64,000 nt of DNA from Candidatus Kapaibacterium sp. GTDB taxonomy: Bacteria; Bacteroidota; Ignavibacteria; Kapaibacteriales; UBA2268. Of this stretch, positions 33,964 to 43,442 are shown one piece after another (the stretch's first letter is position 1; every line of letters starts with the position of its first letter). The notes beneath the pieces are model-generated. The model ran no database searches. It saw nothing but the letters and a program-made list of their open reading frames with translations, and had not been told where the DNA came from. The DNA is taken from positions 2,432,001 through 2,496,000 of the forward strand of contig OY761611.1 of the NCBI GenBank assembly GCA_963664875.1, read 5' to 3'. The translations under genes were made by a program, and so were the position numbers.

Positions 33964-34117
33964 ATCTTCTCAGCTTTTTGCTATTCTTAAAACTTATAAC
34001 TACTCTTGGCTTTTTTTGAGTGCCGAGAGTAGTTTTTTTATAGATTTAGGCAATATTCAGGGGCTCTGTTTGTCATGTATATGTATTAGTAAGAAATAAT
34101 ATATCAGGATTATTCCA

Positions 34118-34528
34118 ATGTCAGAAACAAATAAAGACAAACTTATTAAAGTGCTTAAAGCCTGGCAGCACATAGAAGACGATGCAGTCAAAAGCACCAC
34201 CGAAATTATAAGAAGCACTACTAATCCTCTTGTGCAGATAGTCATGGAAGTTATCCGACAGGATTCGGTGATGCACCGACGAGTACAACAGCTGATTATA
34301 GACAGCTTCGATAAATACGAAATTTCAATGAGCAAAGAGGAGTTAGACGAATTTTGGCACCTCATCGAAGAGCATGACGAAATGGAGCATAAAGTTATCA
34401 ATCTTGCTAAAGAAGCTATGCAGGAATCAGAAAATGAATTTGCTAATTATTTATTAGAGTACTTATTGCACGATGAAGAAAAGCACGATAAGTTACTTGC
34501 GAACCTTACAAAACTGAAAAATAAATAG
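34118..34528 (+). CDS. Ferritin-like (rubrerythrin-type four-helix) protein
   Basis: E...DSVMH and E...DEEKH di-iron-type repeat motifs. Confidence 0.7.
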   Translation: MSETNKDKLIKVLKAWQHIEDDAVKSTTEIIRSTTNPLVQIVMEVIRQDSVMHRRVQQLIIDSFDKYEISMSKEELDEFWHLIEEHDEMEHKVINLAKEAMQESENEFANYLLEYLLHDEEKHDKLLANLTKLKNK

Positions 34529-34604
34529 CAAACTTCTGTATATAAGATGCTATTTTTCTATAACGTTTTACAAAGAGTTGCATCTATTCCTTGAATTTAG
34601 AAAA

Positions 34605-34649
34605 CGGGATGTGATTTTAAAAAGTTGTATCTTTAACAATCACATCCCG
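34605..34649. terminator. Hairpin between the convergent ferritin-like and alpha-2-macroglobulin genes
   Basis: CGGGATGTGATT / AATCACATCCCG perfect 12-bp stem. Confidence 0.65.
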
Positions 34650-34716
34650 GAATTTTATTCTATTAAGAACAAGGAATAGAGCAGACAGAGTTTGTTTACA
34701 CTACCCTGCCTTTCCC

Positions 34717-37700
34717 TTATCGAACAGTAACTTTTTCACCGGCTACGTAAGATCTAAACGAACCGTCATACATTGCATCTGCAGACAACACACCCTGACT
34801 GTAGGTTCCTTTTGTAACTGCACGGCATTTATAATAAAACTTTTTGGAAGTCTTATTTGGAGTAAGTGAAGTAAATAAGTTTACTCTGTCATCTCGCAAA
34901 TCAGTATAGTCTGCTGCGGAGTTACTCATCCAAGACAAAGTCGGAGTCTCCTGATATAGACGTTCGTTTACTATTTCGAGACCTGCAGGCAACATGTCAG
35001 TAATTGCAATATTTTCTATATAAGAATTTTGATTGAGCATTTTTAGTTCTAATTCCACAACAACAAATTGACCAACTTCGAAGTCCGGCTTTAGCTTATT
35101 GCCGTTTCTGTCGTAGTATGTCCTGCGAATACTTATTTTACTGTCGGTTTCCTTTACTTTACTGCTTTTTGTGAGTCCCTGTGCTTCATAATAGTAATAC
35201 AAATCGCCTTTGCCGGTAGATTTAACTTGTGCATTCTTGCCTTTTAGATATATAGACACATAGTTGTTCGCACCGAGAGATACACTTTTACTTCCGTATG
35301 TAATAATTCCATTAGCATCACTGCTTATAGTTTTTTGCGACAATTTTCCAAGAGACATCACTGCAAAAGCAAGATCGTTTGTAGAAAGATAATCCCTCTG
35401 ATTTATTTCTTTTGCCAAATCTTTTGCTAAGCCCGGTATTCGGTCATTTGAAGGATCGGTTTCTATTAATACCATCAGAGATATAGCCATATTGCGAACA
35501 TACGAACTGAAACTGCCTCCTGTTTCATTACCATTGTCTTGAAACTTATCCGAATTAGAGAGTATTTCTTTGGCGGACTTTTTATCTCCCGAAGCCAAGA
35601 AAGCTCCTGCTAACATATATTTGGAATCTAATGTCAGTTGCGATTGCATTTCCTTTATTTTATTCAACGCAGAGCTATTGTATCTTCCTGAAAGAGCAAG
35701 TACGTAAAGACCATATACGGTTCTTCTTGGGAAGAATGATTTGTATTCGGTTTTACCGTTTTGTTCAGTTACATAAGTAACAGTCGCATAAGATATTGCA
35801 CTCGATTCTATATAATCAAGTAGTTTTGAAATAATAGATTCATCTACATTATATCCCTGCTTTTTTGCTTCTACCATAAAATGTGCAGCATAAACTGAGA
35901 CCCATTTATCTGACTCGTAGCTACTGCTCCAATACTTAATGCCACCATCCCAATTCTGCAAAGTAGATAGTTTTATAATTGCTGCATTTACATTTTTGCT
36001 CGCTACTTTCAAACTGTTTTTATTGTCCGGCAAATCGCTTAACGGCAGCAAATCAGCAAAGTAGATTTGTGGAAACGCTTTGGAAATAGTTTGCTCTGCA
36101 CACCCGTGCGGATATTCTATTAGTTTGTACATCTTATCTACGTGTTCGAGCAAAGGAGATTTGGAAATAATTACCTTAGCAGAGTGTGTTTGTGGTATAA
36201 AATCATCTAACAAATCAAGCTCTACTAGATCTCCGTTTGTTATAGAAGCAAACTTGGTCTTTTTGATTAGTCCGGATGCAGCTTGTATATTGATATAAGT
36301 TTTATGCTCGAAAGTTTCTCCGTGTGCTTTAGTTTTAATAGTAATCAGTTCCTCTCCCAATGCAGAAAGTGCTTCTACCGGGAAATTGACTCTTATCTGC
36401 CCAAGTTTATCCAATTTTGTTTTAATTTTTGATTCTCCGGTCAACTTCAAATTTTTAGATAGCACTACTTCAACTTCGCAATTACTTTGTTTGTTTTCTG
36501 TATTCCTAACGGTAACTGCCATGTCGAACTGATCTTTTGGATAAAGGAATCTCGGAACCGATGCATTGATTACTACAGGGTCCGCTACTTTCATGGCATT
36601 GTCAGCAGCTCCGAAAGATTTGCCTTTATATGCCTGAGCCATTATTCTTACTTCTCCTGCAAATTGAGGTATATCTAACGGAACTTCTGCGGAACCTGAA
36701 GAGTTTGTTTTGATGATTCCACTCCAAGATGCAAGCAGATTGACTCTTTTGTTTGCCAACGGGTTCTCAGTAAGATTTAGCCTGTCCTTCATCTCGAAGC
36801 CGCCTGCTCCTGAGTGTGAAGTCGCAATTTTTAATTCAGGATAGAGCTTTTTGTATAGACTGTAAGTGCTAACATTCAGATTCATAGGACTATAAAAGAA
36901 CTTGTAAGGGTCGGGAGTTTTGTAGTTGTTTATCTGTAGTATGCCTTCATCAACAGCTGCAACTGTAAGCATTACTTCCTCGTTCTTTCTATCTGTTTTT
37001 ATTTTGATAGTTTGATGAGTTTTAGAGCGCACTTTTTCAGGAGCTTCTATTGATAAGTTGATTTTATATTCCTTTTTCCTTACATCAATTGATTTTACCC
37101 CGGTTGCTACTGTAATCGGTATAGCTTGGTTGTCAACCGGTCTGTATAGTATAGCCGATATATATACATTTGGTAGATAGTCCTCGTGCAAATCTATAAT
37201 CATAGAAGCAGTTTTGTTTTTGACTTCTAATATTTTTGACTCATAAACATCATTCCGTTCAAGACTGACTAGCATCTTTCCGTCGAAAGGAGCTTTGAAA
37301 AGAACTTTGCATTTTTCCTGAAGTAGGTACTCTTCTTTATCGGTTTCAATTGTAATCTTACCTTCTTTATCTACTTCTACGTTTTCAGAAGAATTGCCCC
37401 AACCGTTCCAATCATAACAATAGAATGATTTTGCCACATAATTGGCTCCGAGCGGAGAAGAAATTCTTACTTCATAGCTTCCATAATCTTCGGGAGTGAA
37501 GGTGTACTTAGTTTGCTTGTCATAAATTGTAACTGTCTTTTCTTCTATCACCTTTTCTTCTTTCTGCGATGAATATTTGAGATTACCATCGCTATCCTTG
37601 ACCATGATGTTATGCCAAATATTTTTGATTAGAGTGATTTTTGCTTGAGTTTGTGGCACCGGATTCCCTTTTTGATTTACTGCAGCAAGCGGCACTTCGA

Positions 37701-40161
37701 TTGGTTTATTGGTGCTGTAGTAATAGTCTGTCTCTCCAAGTCCGTAGTAAATTTCCTGAGTAAATACATCAAGATTTTTGTTTTTATAGACAGGACGTCC
37801 GTTTTCATCAAATACAGTAAGAAACACATTACAATTTAAGATTCCGTTATTTACTAATGTATTGCTGATTTGGTAAGTATTGCCAATCTTACCATTTGTG
37901 TCTGTTGAGTCAGTGAATATATCAGTTCGCAAATTTCTGAAAATCTCTTCGTTACCGTCACTCAATTCGTTTTCTAAATTAAAGTGATAGTTTTTGTAAT
38001 CTTTGAATGAAATGCGTTTACGTCTTAGCTGATAATTTAGCTCGTACTTCATGCCGGGAGCTTCCAATCCATATAATGTTTCTACATCAGCATCTACTCT
38101 GATACTGTCATTCACCTTGTAAGATTCTTTATCTGTTCTTAGATTGATTTTAAGCTGTTCCGGCATAAATTCTTCAATTTTTACAGAGTAGCTGCCAAGC
38201 CATTCTTCTTCATTCAATTTATAATTGATGCTATAAGTGCCGGTAGGTACATTTGCAGGCATATATATTTTTTCGCTAAAGCCACCTTCTGAGTTTAGAT
38301 TTATTTTGAGTTTTTTGTATTGATTACCGGTCGGAGTAATTATTTCAGCAGTAATCGGTACATTCGCCAATGTGTTCAATTTATTATCTCGAACAATACC
38401 TGCAATGACTAAAGTATCGCCAGGACGATAAAGCCGTCTGTCTCCGTAAGCAAATGTTCTGTATTTATTAGGGAGATTGTCAAAAACATTAAAATCATGA
38501 ATTTGATGGCGATTATCATAGCTAAGCTGAAGATAATTTATATCATTACCTGCAGCAGCATAAACAAGCGATGGCAGCACAGCAATTCCGCCACTTTGCT
38601 TATAATTTTTAATAACCGCCACGCCCTGAGAGTTTGTTTTAGCTGAATAGTGCTTTTGGTTTTTACTGCTAATTATTCCAACAGTAGCATTTGACATTGG
38701 TGAAGCAGAGCTGAGCGAATTGACATATACATACAAATCGTTTTCGCTCATTTTTGTTATGATACCTAAGTTTGAGAGAGCAATAAGCTGATTATCGTAA
38801 AGACTATATCTATTTTCAGGGTCAAATATATTTATTACATAAATTCCAGTTTTAGATATATCAAAAGTAGGATTGAAATTGAATATCTTAGTATTGCCTT
38901 GTGTCGGCATCTTGCTTACTTCGTAGGTCTTTTCGAAGATTTTATCTCCGTAAGAACCGGTTCGGTAGCGCTGTATATCATAATAATCGCCGTTTTTGTA
39001 GTAATAGTCATAATATACGCCGTTCTCAAAGAAATGAACTAAATTGTTTTCGTATATCTTATGGATTTCTATAGTTACTTTGTCCAATCCGGCTATATTT
39101 AACCCGATATTCTTGCTGCCATTTCCTAAAAGGTACATACTCCCCTTTGAGGAAAAACTAACTGCAGGCTCCGGCTCTTCAAAAGTAAAATAGTGTGAAT
39201 AGTCTTCTTTTAAGCTTTTGTTGTAAATACTTTTCAGAGATTTTTCTATAGCGATGTTGTATGTTTTACCATATTCAAAGTTACCTTTGATAAAAAGTCC
39301 AAATTTTTCTATTGTCATATCAAATTTTACTTCGGGATCGAATTTAATTTTGGACATAGAAACGCTTTCAGAGACCAATTCCTGATTAAAAAACAGCTTT
39401 AAACCTTTCGTATCAAAATCGTTGATGATGCCTACTTTACTTATTTCCAAATCATCAAGCATCGGTAATTTTGTTTTGAGTTCAATCTTTTGCTTGCTCT
39501 CCCACTTTGTATTATAAACGGAAATCCATTTATCTATAATAATGGTCATATCCTTACCTGCAAAATCAGGGGCATTATCAAAATTCAATTCGAACTGCAC
39601 TTTACGCTCGTAGTAGCTGTCAACACAAGAAAATGACACCTCTTTTCCATCTACTATAAATTTGATTTTTTTGCTTAAATTTTCAATATCTACATCATAG
39701 TTAAAATCTATTTCCTGCACCAACACATCTCCGGGGGAAACGCGGTTAGTCCTCCATTGATTGGTCCCAACAAGAGCCTCAAAATCCGAAGCTTTGAATT
39801 TGAAAGTTTCATTTTTGAGGCTTTTTAAACTATCGAATAATGTCAGTATATTTTTATTAAATTTGAAGGTGTATTCCTGTCCGGGTACAAGTTCTCTATA
39901 TACTTTAAGTGCAAATGTGTTTGCATTTTTCCAAGTCTGTCCGGTACTAAGCGTTGGGCTAAGCTCGAAGTATTCTTCAAAATTGTATCTATCCATAGTT
40001 GACATATCTTTCAGAGCATGGCTAAAATTAAAAGAAATCTCGTCGCCAACCATAATCATTGAATTTTCTTCCAAACTTGTAAAAGTTACAGATAGCTCGT
40101 CGTCACGGAGACAGGAACTTGCCAATAGAGCAATAAGCAAAAACAGCACTCGGATTTTCAC
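34717..40161 (-). CDS. Bacterial alpha-2-macroglobulin lipoprotein (YfhM-like)
   Basis: Lipobox LLASSC; DRRLYRPGD MG2 domain; AAVDEGILQ; thioester YPHGCAEQ; DMLPAGLE, DLRDDR, RAVTKGTY; GTG start. Confidence 0.95.
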   Translation of the reverse strand: MKIRVLFLLIALLASSCLRDDELSVTFTSLEENSMIMVGDEISFNFSHALKDMSTMDRYNFEEYFELSPTLSTGQTWKNANTFALKVYRELVPGQEYTFKFNKNILTLFDSLKSLKNETFKFKASDFEALVGTNQWRTNRVSPGDVLVQEIDFNYDVDIENLSKKIKFIVDGKEVSFSCVDSYYERKVQFELNFDNAPDFAGKDMTIIIDKWISVYNTKWESKQKIELKTKLPMLDDLEISKVGIINDFDTKGLKLFFNQELVSESVSMSKIKFDPEVKFDMTIEKFGLFIKGNFEYGKTYNIAIEKSLKSIYNKSLKEDYSHYFTFEEPEPAVSFSSKGSMYLLGNGSKNIGLNIAGLDKVTIEIHKIYENNLVHFFENGVYYDYYYKNGDYYDIQRYRTGSYGDKIFEKTYEVSKMPTQGNTKIFNFNPTFDISKTGIYVINIFDPENRYSLYDNQLIALSNLGIITKMSENDLYVYVNSLSSASPMSNATVGIISSKNQKHYSAKTNSQGVAVIKNYKQSGGIAVLPSLVYAAAGNDINYLQLSYDNRHQIHDFNVFDNLPNKYRTFAYGDRRLYRPGDTLVIAGIVRDNKLNTLANVPITAEIITPTGNQYKKLKINLNSEGGFSEKIYMPANVPTGTYSINYKLNEEEWLGSYSVKIEEFMPEQLKINLRTDKESYKVNDSIRVDADVETLYGLEAPGMKYELNYQLRRKRISFKDYKNYHFNLENELSDGNEEIFRNLRTDIFTDSTDTNGKIGNTYQISNTLVNNGILNCNVFLTVFDENGRPVYKNKNLDVFTQEIYYGLGETDYYYSTNKPIEVPLAAVNQKGNPVPQTQAKITLIKNIWHNIMVKDSDGNLKYSSQKEEKVIEEKTVTIYDKQTKYTFTPEDYGSYEVRISSPLGANYVAKSFYCYDWNGWGNSSENVEVDKEGKITIETDKEEYLLQEKCKVLFKAPFDGKMLVSLERNDVYESKILEVKNKTASMIIDLHEDYLPNVYISAILYRPVDNQAIPITVATGVKSIDVRKKEYKINLSIEAPEKVRSKTHQTIKIKTDRKNEEVMLTVAAVDEGILQINNYKTPDPYKFFYSPMNLNVSTYSLYKKLYPELKIATSHSGAGGFEMKDRLNLTENPLANKRVNLLASWSGIIKTNSSGSAEVPLDIPQFAGEVRIMAQAYKGKSFGAADNAMKVADPVVINASVPRFLYPKDQFDMAVTVRNTENKQSNCEVEVVLSKNLKLTGESKIKTKLDKLGQIRVNFPVEALSALGEELITIKTKAHGETFEHKTYINIQAASGLIKKTKFASITNGDLVELDLLDDFIPQTHSAKVIISKSPLLEHVDKMYKLIEYPHGCAEQTISKAFPQIYFADLLPLSDLPDNKNSLKVASKNVNAAIIKLSTLQNWDGGIKYWSSSYESDKWVSVYAAHFMVEAKKQGYNVDESIISKLLDYIESSAISYATVTYVTEQNGKTEYKSFFPRRTVYGLYVLALSGRYNSSALNKIKEMQSQLTLDSKYMLAGAFLASGDKKSAKEILSNSDKFQDNGNETGGSFSSYVRNMAISLMVLIETDPSNDRIPGLAKDLAKEINQRDYLSTNDLAFAVMSLGKLSQKTISSDANGIITYGSKSVSLGANNYVSIYLKGKNAQVKSTGKGDLYYYYEAQGLTKSSKVKETDSKISIRRTYYDRNGNKLKPDFEVGQFVVVELELKMLNQNSYIENIAITDMLPAGLEIVNERLYQETPTLSWMSNSAADYTDLRDDRVNLFTSLTPNKTSKKFYYKCRAVTKGTYSQGVLSADAMYDGSFRSYVAGEKVTVR

Positions 40162-40430
40162 AGGACACCTTTAGGGAATTTTTTTGGAAATAATATAATA
40201 GTAGAAGTAGTTCTAAAATATAAAATATTATACAATTTTTATTATATAATATTATTATAACGGAAATAAATCTAATAAGGTTACGCAAAATTACTTAATT
40301 TCGAGTAGTATTTTAGATGGGCTTATGCTAAAGCAAATATTTAGCTTAGAAACGCTAAGCAAAGGCCATTAAAAAAACCTATCTATTGCTTTTAGTAGGC
40401 ACAAAATTAGCATTTGGTCGAAGAATTTAG

Positions 40431-41180
40431 TTATTTAGAAATTGATTTATTTACTTTATCGAAAAGCCAATCAGGAAGGCATTTGAGCAGATTTGTTAAT
40501 ATCCTCATTCTAAATGGGAAGTCTATATGACGTTTCTTTTTGTATAGTGCTCTACAGATAAGATCAGCGGCCTTGTCAGTTTCCATCAAAAACGGCATTT
40601 TAAAATTGTTGCGGGCAGTAATCCCGGATTTGACAAATCCCGGACGGATGGTTGAAATTGTAATGCCCTTCGGCTCTAATTCTGCACGAGCGGATTCTAA
40701 TGCTATAGTCAGAGCTGCCTTGCCCGCACCGTAAGGAGCAGAGCCTGCAAATCCCCTAACGTCAGCCATAGAGCTAACTACAGCTATCATACCATTGTTT
40801 GCATTCAGCATGTCGGGTAATAAAAGTTCCATTGCATCTATTACAGAAAAGAAGTTTGTTGCCATGACATCATCAAAAGTTTTTCTGTCTGGCTTGGCAA
40901 AGAAATATTTACCTCCTATTCCGCTGTTTAAAACTGCTATATCGATTTTACCCAAATTACTCAAAGCAGACATAATTCCATCTTTGAGTTGAGTTTTAAT
41001 AGTTACGTCACATTTTTGATAATTAGCTGTTGCCAAGCCTCGAGAATTAATATCTACACAGATAGCATCTAATGCAGTTTCATTTCTGGCGAGTAGAAAC
41101 AAATTGTGAGAGTTGGCTGCAAACCTATAAGCCAAGGCTTTACCTATGCCTGAGCTTGCCCCTGTTATTAAAATATTCAT
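40431..41180 (-). CDS. Short-chain dehydrogenase/reductase
   Basis: ITGASSGIG, NSG, SS...YGAGK catalytic motif, PGFV. Confidence 0.93.
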   Translation of the reverse strand: MNILITGASSGIGKALAYRFAANSHNLFLLARNETALDAICVDINSRGLATANYQKCDVTIKTQLKDGIMSALSNLGKIDIAVLNSGIGGKYFFAKPDRKTFDDVMATNFFSVIDAMELLLPDMLNANNGMIAVVSSMADVRGFAGSAPYGAGKAALTIALESARAELEPKGITISTIRPGFVKSGITARNNFKMPFLMETDKAADLICRALYKKKRHIDFPFRMRILTNLLKCLPDWLFDKVNKSISK

Positions 41181-41401
41181 AGCAACAACCTTTGAAGTGA
41201 GTTCGCATCACAAATTAGTCAAAATGATAATAGATAAAAAATTGAAATCAAATTGCAAAGGAAAAAGAGATGTCCGGATAAGTGCTATAGTTAGATTTCC
41301 AAATGCAACAGCTACTTTTTATAATAATATTGAAACAAGAAATTTGTAACTTAGCATGATTATAATTTACATATACAATGTAAAATAAATGGAATTTAGA
41401 G

Positions 41402-43249
41402 ATGCAAAACTACCTAAAATACTTACTGATTGCTATTGTATCCGTAGTAATTTATGCTTCTTCACTTGATTATGAAGCAGTCAAATGCGACGATACTCGG
41501 CTTATAGAGCACTACACGGATAAAAACAACACTCAAAACACATTCTTTTCCGAATTTACCAAATCTTATATGAATACTGATTATTATAGACCTTTGGTAA
41601 ATATAAGCTTCCGATTAGATGCTGCAATCTTCGGCGATGATGCCGGCGATTACCACAAACTAAATATTGCATTGCATATCATATTTTGTATTCTTTTATA
41701 TATTACAGTATCGAGACTTAGTGACAGTGAAACCTTGGCTCTGATTGCAGCAATGATATATGCAGCACATCCCATGTTTGCGAATGCAGTGGCTTGGATA
41801 CCGGGAAGAAACGATATAATGCTTGGTGTTTTTGGGCTTTCAGCGTTTCTCTTTTTTGATAATTATATAGACAGCAAAAAAACTAAAGACCTCGTTTTAA
41901 ATACAGTATTTTTACTTTTTGCTTTGTTTTCTAAGGAAACTGCAATTGTGTTGCCTTTCTTGTTTTTGACCTATATGTTCATTAGGCAGTCTAAATCTCT
42001 AAATTGGAAAACACATAGATTGCTGTATATAGCATGGGCTTCCGCAATTATTTTTTGGTTGATTCTTTTGTTTTCTGCGGAAAAGGGTGAAAGTGCAAAT
42101 ATCTTTGGGTTTGGTGTATTCTTTTCAAACTTGAGAGTAATCTCTGAGTATTTATCCGGATTTATTATTCCAACAGACTTATCTGTTTTGCCTACTTACT
42201 CAATGTTTTCTTCGCTTCTTGGAAGTATCTTATTACTGGGATTTGCTGCTTGGATATTTTTTGCAGATACGGAAAACAAAAAAATGGCAGGATGGGCGTT
42301 GTTGTGGTTTATTTTGCTAATCCTTCCTACAACGATTTTCAAAAGAGGGAATGCAGACGAATGGAATGACTATTTGTATTGTCGTGCTTATCTTCCGCTC
42401 GCCGGCATTGTGATGATGCTGTCAATTTTGATAAAAGATAAAGTAAAAAATCTAAATAAAATGATGTTATTCTCCATAGGCTTACTCCCGATTTTACTTT
42501 TGGCTTATATCAACTATAATCATAGCGAGGCGTATTCCTCACCTGTTAATTTTTATGACAATGCCATATCAAAAGACAGCACAAGAGCATACTATTATCA
42601 AATCATAGGCAACTATTTCACCGAGAAAGGCAAATTTGAAAAAGCACAAGCTTATTTCGAAAAAGCTGCGGGAAATCAGGAAGGCTATTACAAGAGACAT
42701 TTTCAGTTAGGCGAAATAGCTATGATGAAAAAAGAATACAGCAAAGCAATTGGTCACTACAAAGATGCTTTAAGGCTCAAGCCTGATGAGAAAAATTTGA
42801 TGTTTGCACTCTCACAAGCATACATTAGTGCGGTTCAGACCGATAGTGCAAAATCAGTATGGACACAGATGACAGAGAAGTTCCCTGATTCTCCTGAGGC
42901 ATATTTTGAGCTTTTCAACCTTGCCCTTATGAATTTCGACTATGATATGATAGACAAATATGGGAAAGCGATTGTAAAAGCCAAATTTCAGAATAAGGTT
43001 CTTTCCGGCAGACTTAATGCGGTAGCACAAGAAGCATTCAAAGAAAAAGCTCTCAGAGACGCAGTGTTTTTTTGGGACTATGCCTATGCTATGGATACGG
43101 CTAACTATAAACTGTTGAAGTATATTTCCGGGACATACTATGTTTTGTTAGAAAAAGATTCTACAAGGAAATACTATAATCTGTTCAAGGAAAAAGGCGG
43201 ATCTTTTTCCCAGGCAGAGGAAGATACATATACTAAATTTTTGAATTAG
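41402..43249 (+). CDS. TMTC-like membrane glycosyltransferase (GT-C) with C-terminal TPR repeats
   Basis: DD motif after TM1, YYRPL, HP...AVAWIPGRND, SKETAIVLP, R.YLP, then TPRs. Confidence 0.8.
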   Translation: MQNYLKYLLIAIVSVVIYASSLDYEAVKCDDTRLIEHYTDKNNTQNTFFSEFTKSYMNTDYYRPLVNISFRLDAAIFGDDAGDYHKLNIALHIIFCILLYITVSRLSDSETLALIAAMIYAAHPMFANAVAWIPGRNDIMLGVFGLSAFLFFDNYIDSKKTKDLVLNTVFLLFALFSKETAIVLPFLFLTYMFIRQSKSLNWKTHRLLYIAWASAIIFWLILLFSAEKGESANIFGFGVFFSNLRVISEYLSGFIIPTDLSVLPTYSMFSSLLGSILLLGFAAWIFFADTENKKMAGWALLWFILLILPTTIFKRGNADEWNDYLYCRAYLPLAGIVMMLSILIKDKVKNLNKMMLFSIGLLPILLLAYINYNHSEAYSSPVNFYDNAISKDSTRAYYYQIIGNYFTEKGKFEKAQAYFEKAAGNQEGYYKRHFQLGEIAMMKKEYSKAIGHYKDALRLKPDEKNLMFALSQAYISAVQTDSAKSVWTQMTEKFPDSPEAYFELFNLALMNFDYDMIDKYGKAIVKAKFQNKVLSGRLNAVAQEAFKEKALRDAVFFWDYAYAMDTANYKLLKYISGTYYVLLEKDSTRKYYNLFKEKGGSFSQAEEDTYTKFLN

Positions 43250-43442
43250 GATAGGCTCCTTTTGAACCGTGTCTTCTGAATTGTCTGTAAATTGTTTACC
43301 AAGCTTTATCGATAAAAAAGGTGATTTGCGGGAGAGTCTCGGCTTTGCTATTTTCTTTGGTCCAAAATTTTTGAAAATAGCAGTTTTATCTGTATTTTTT
43401 GGAAAAAGTAAATAAACATATTTCAAAAGTAAAAAGTTTATT

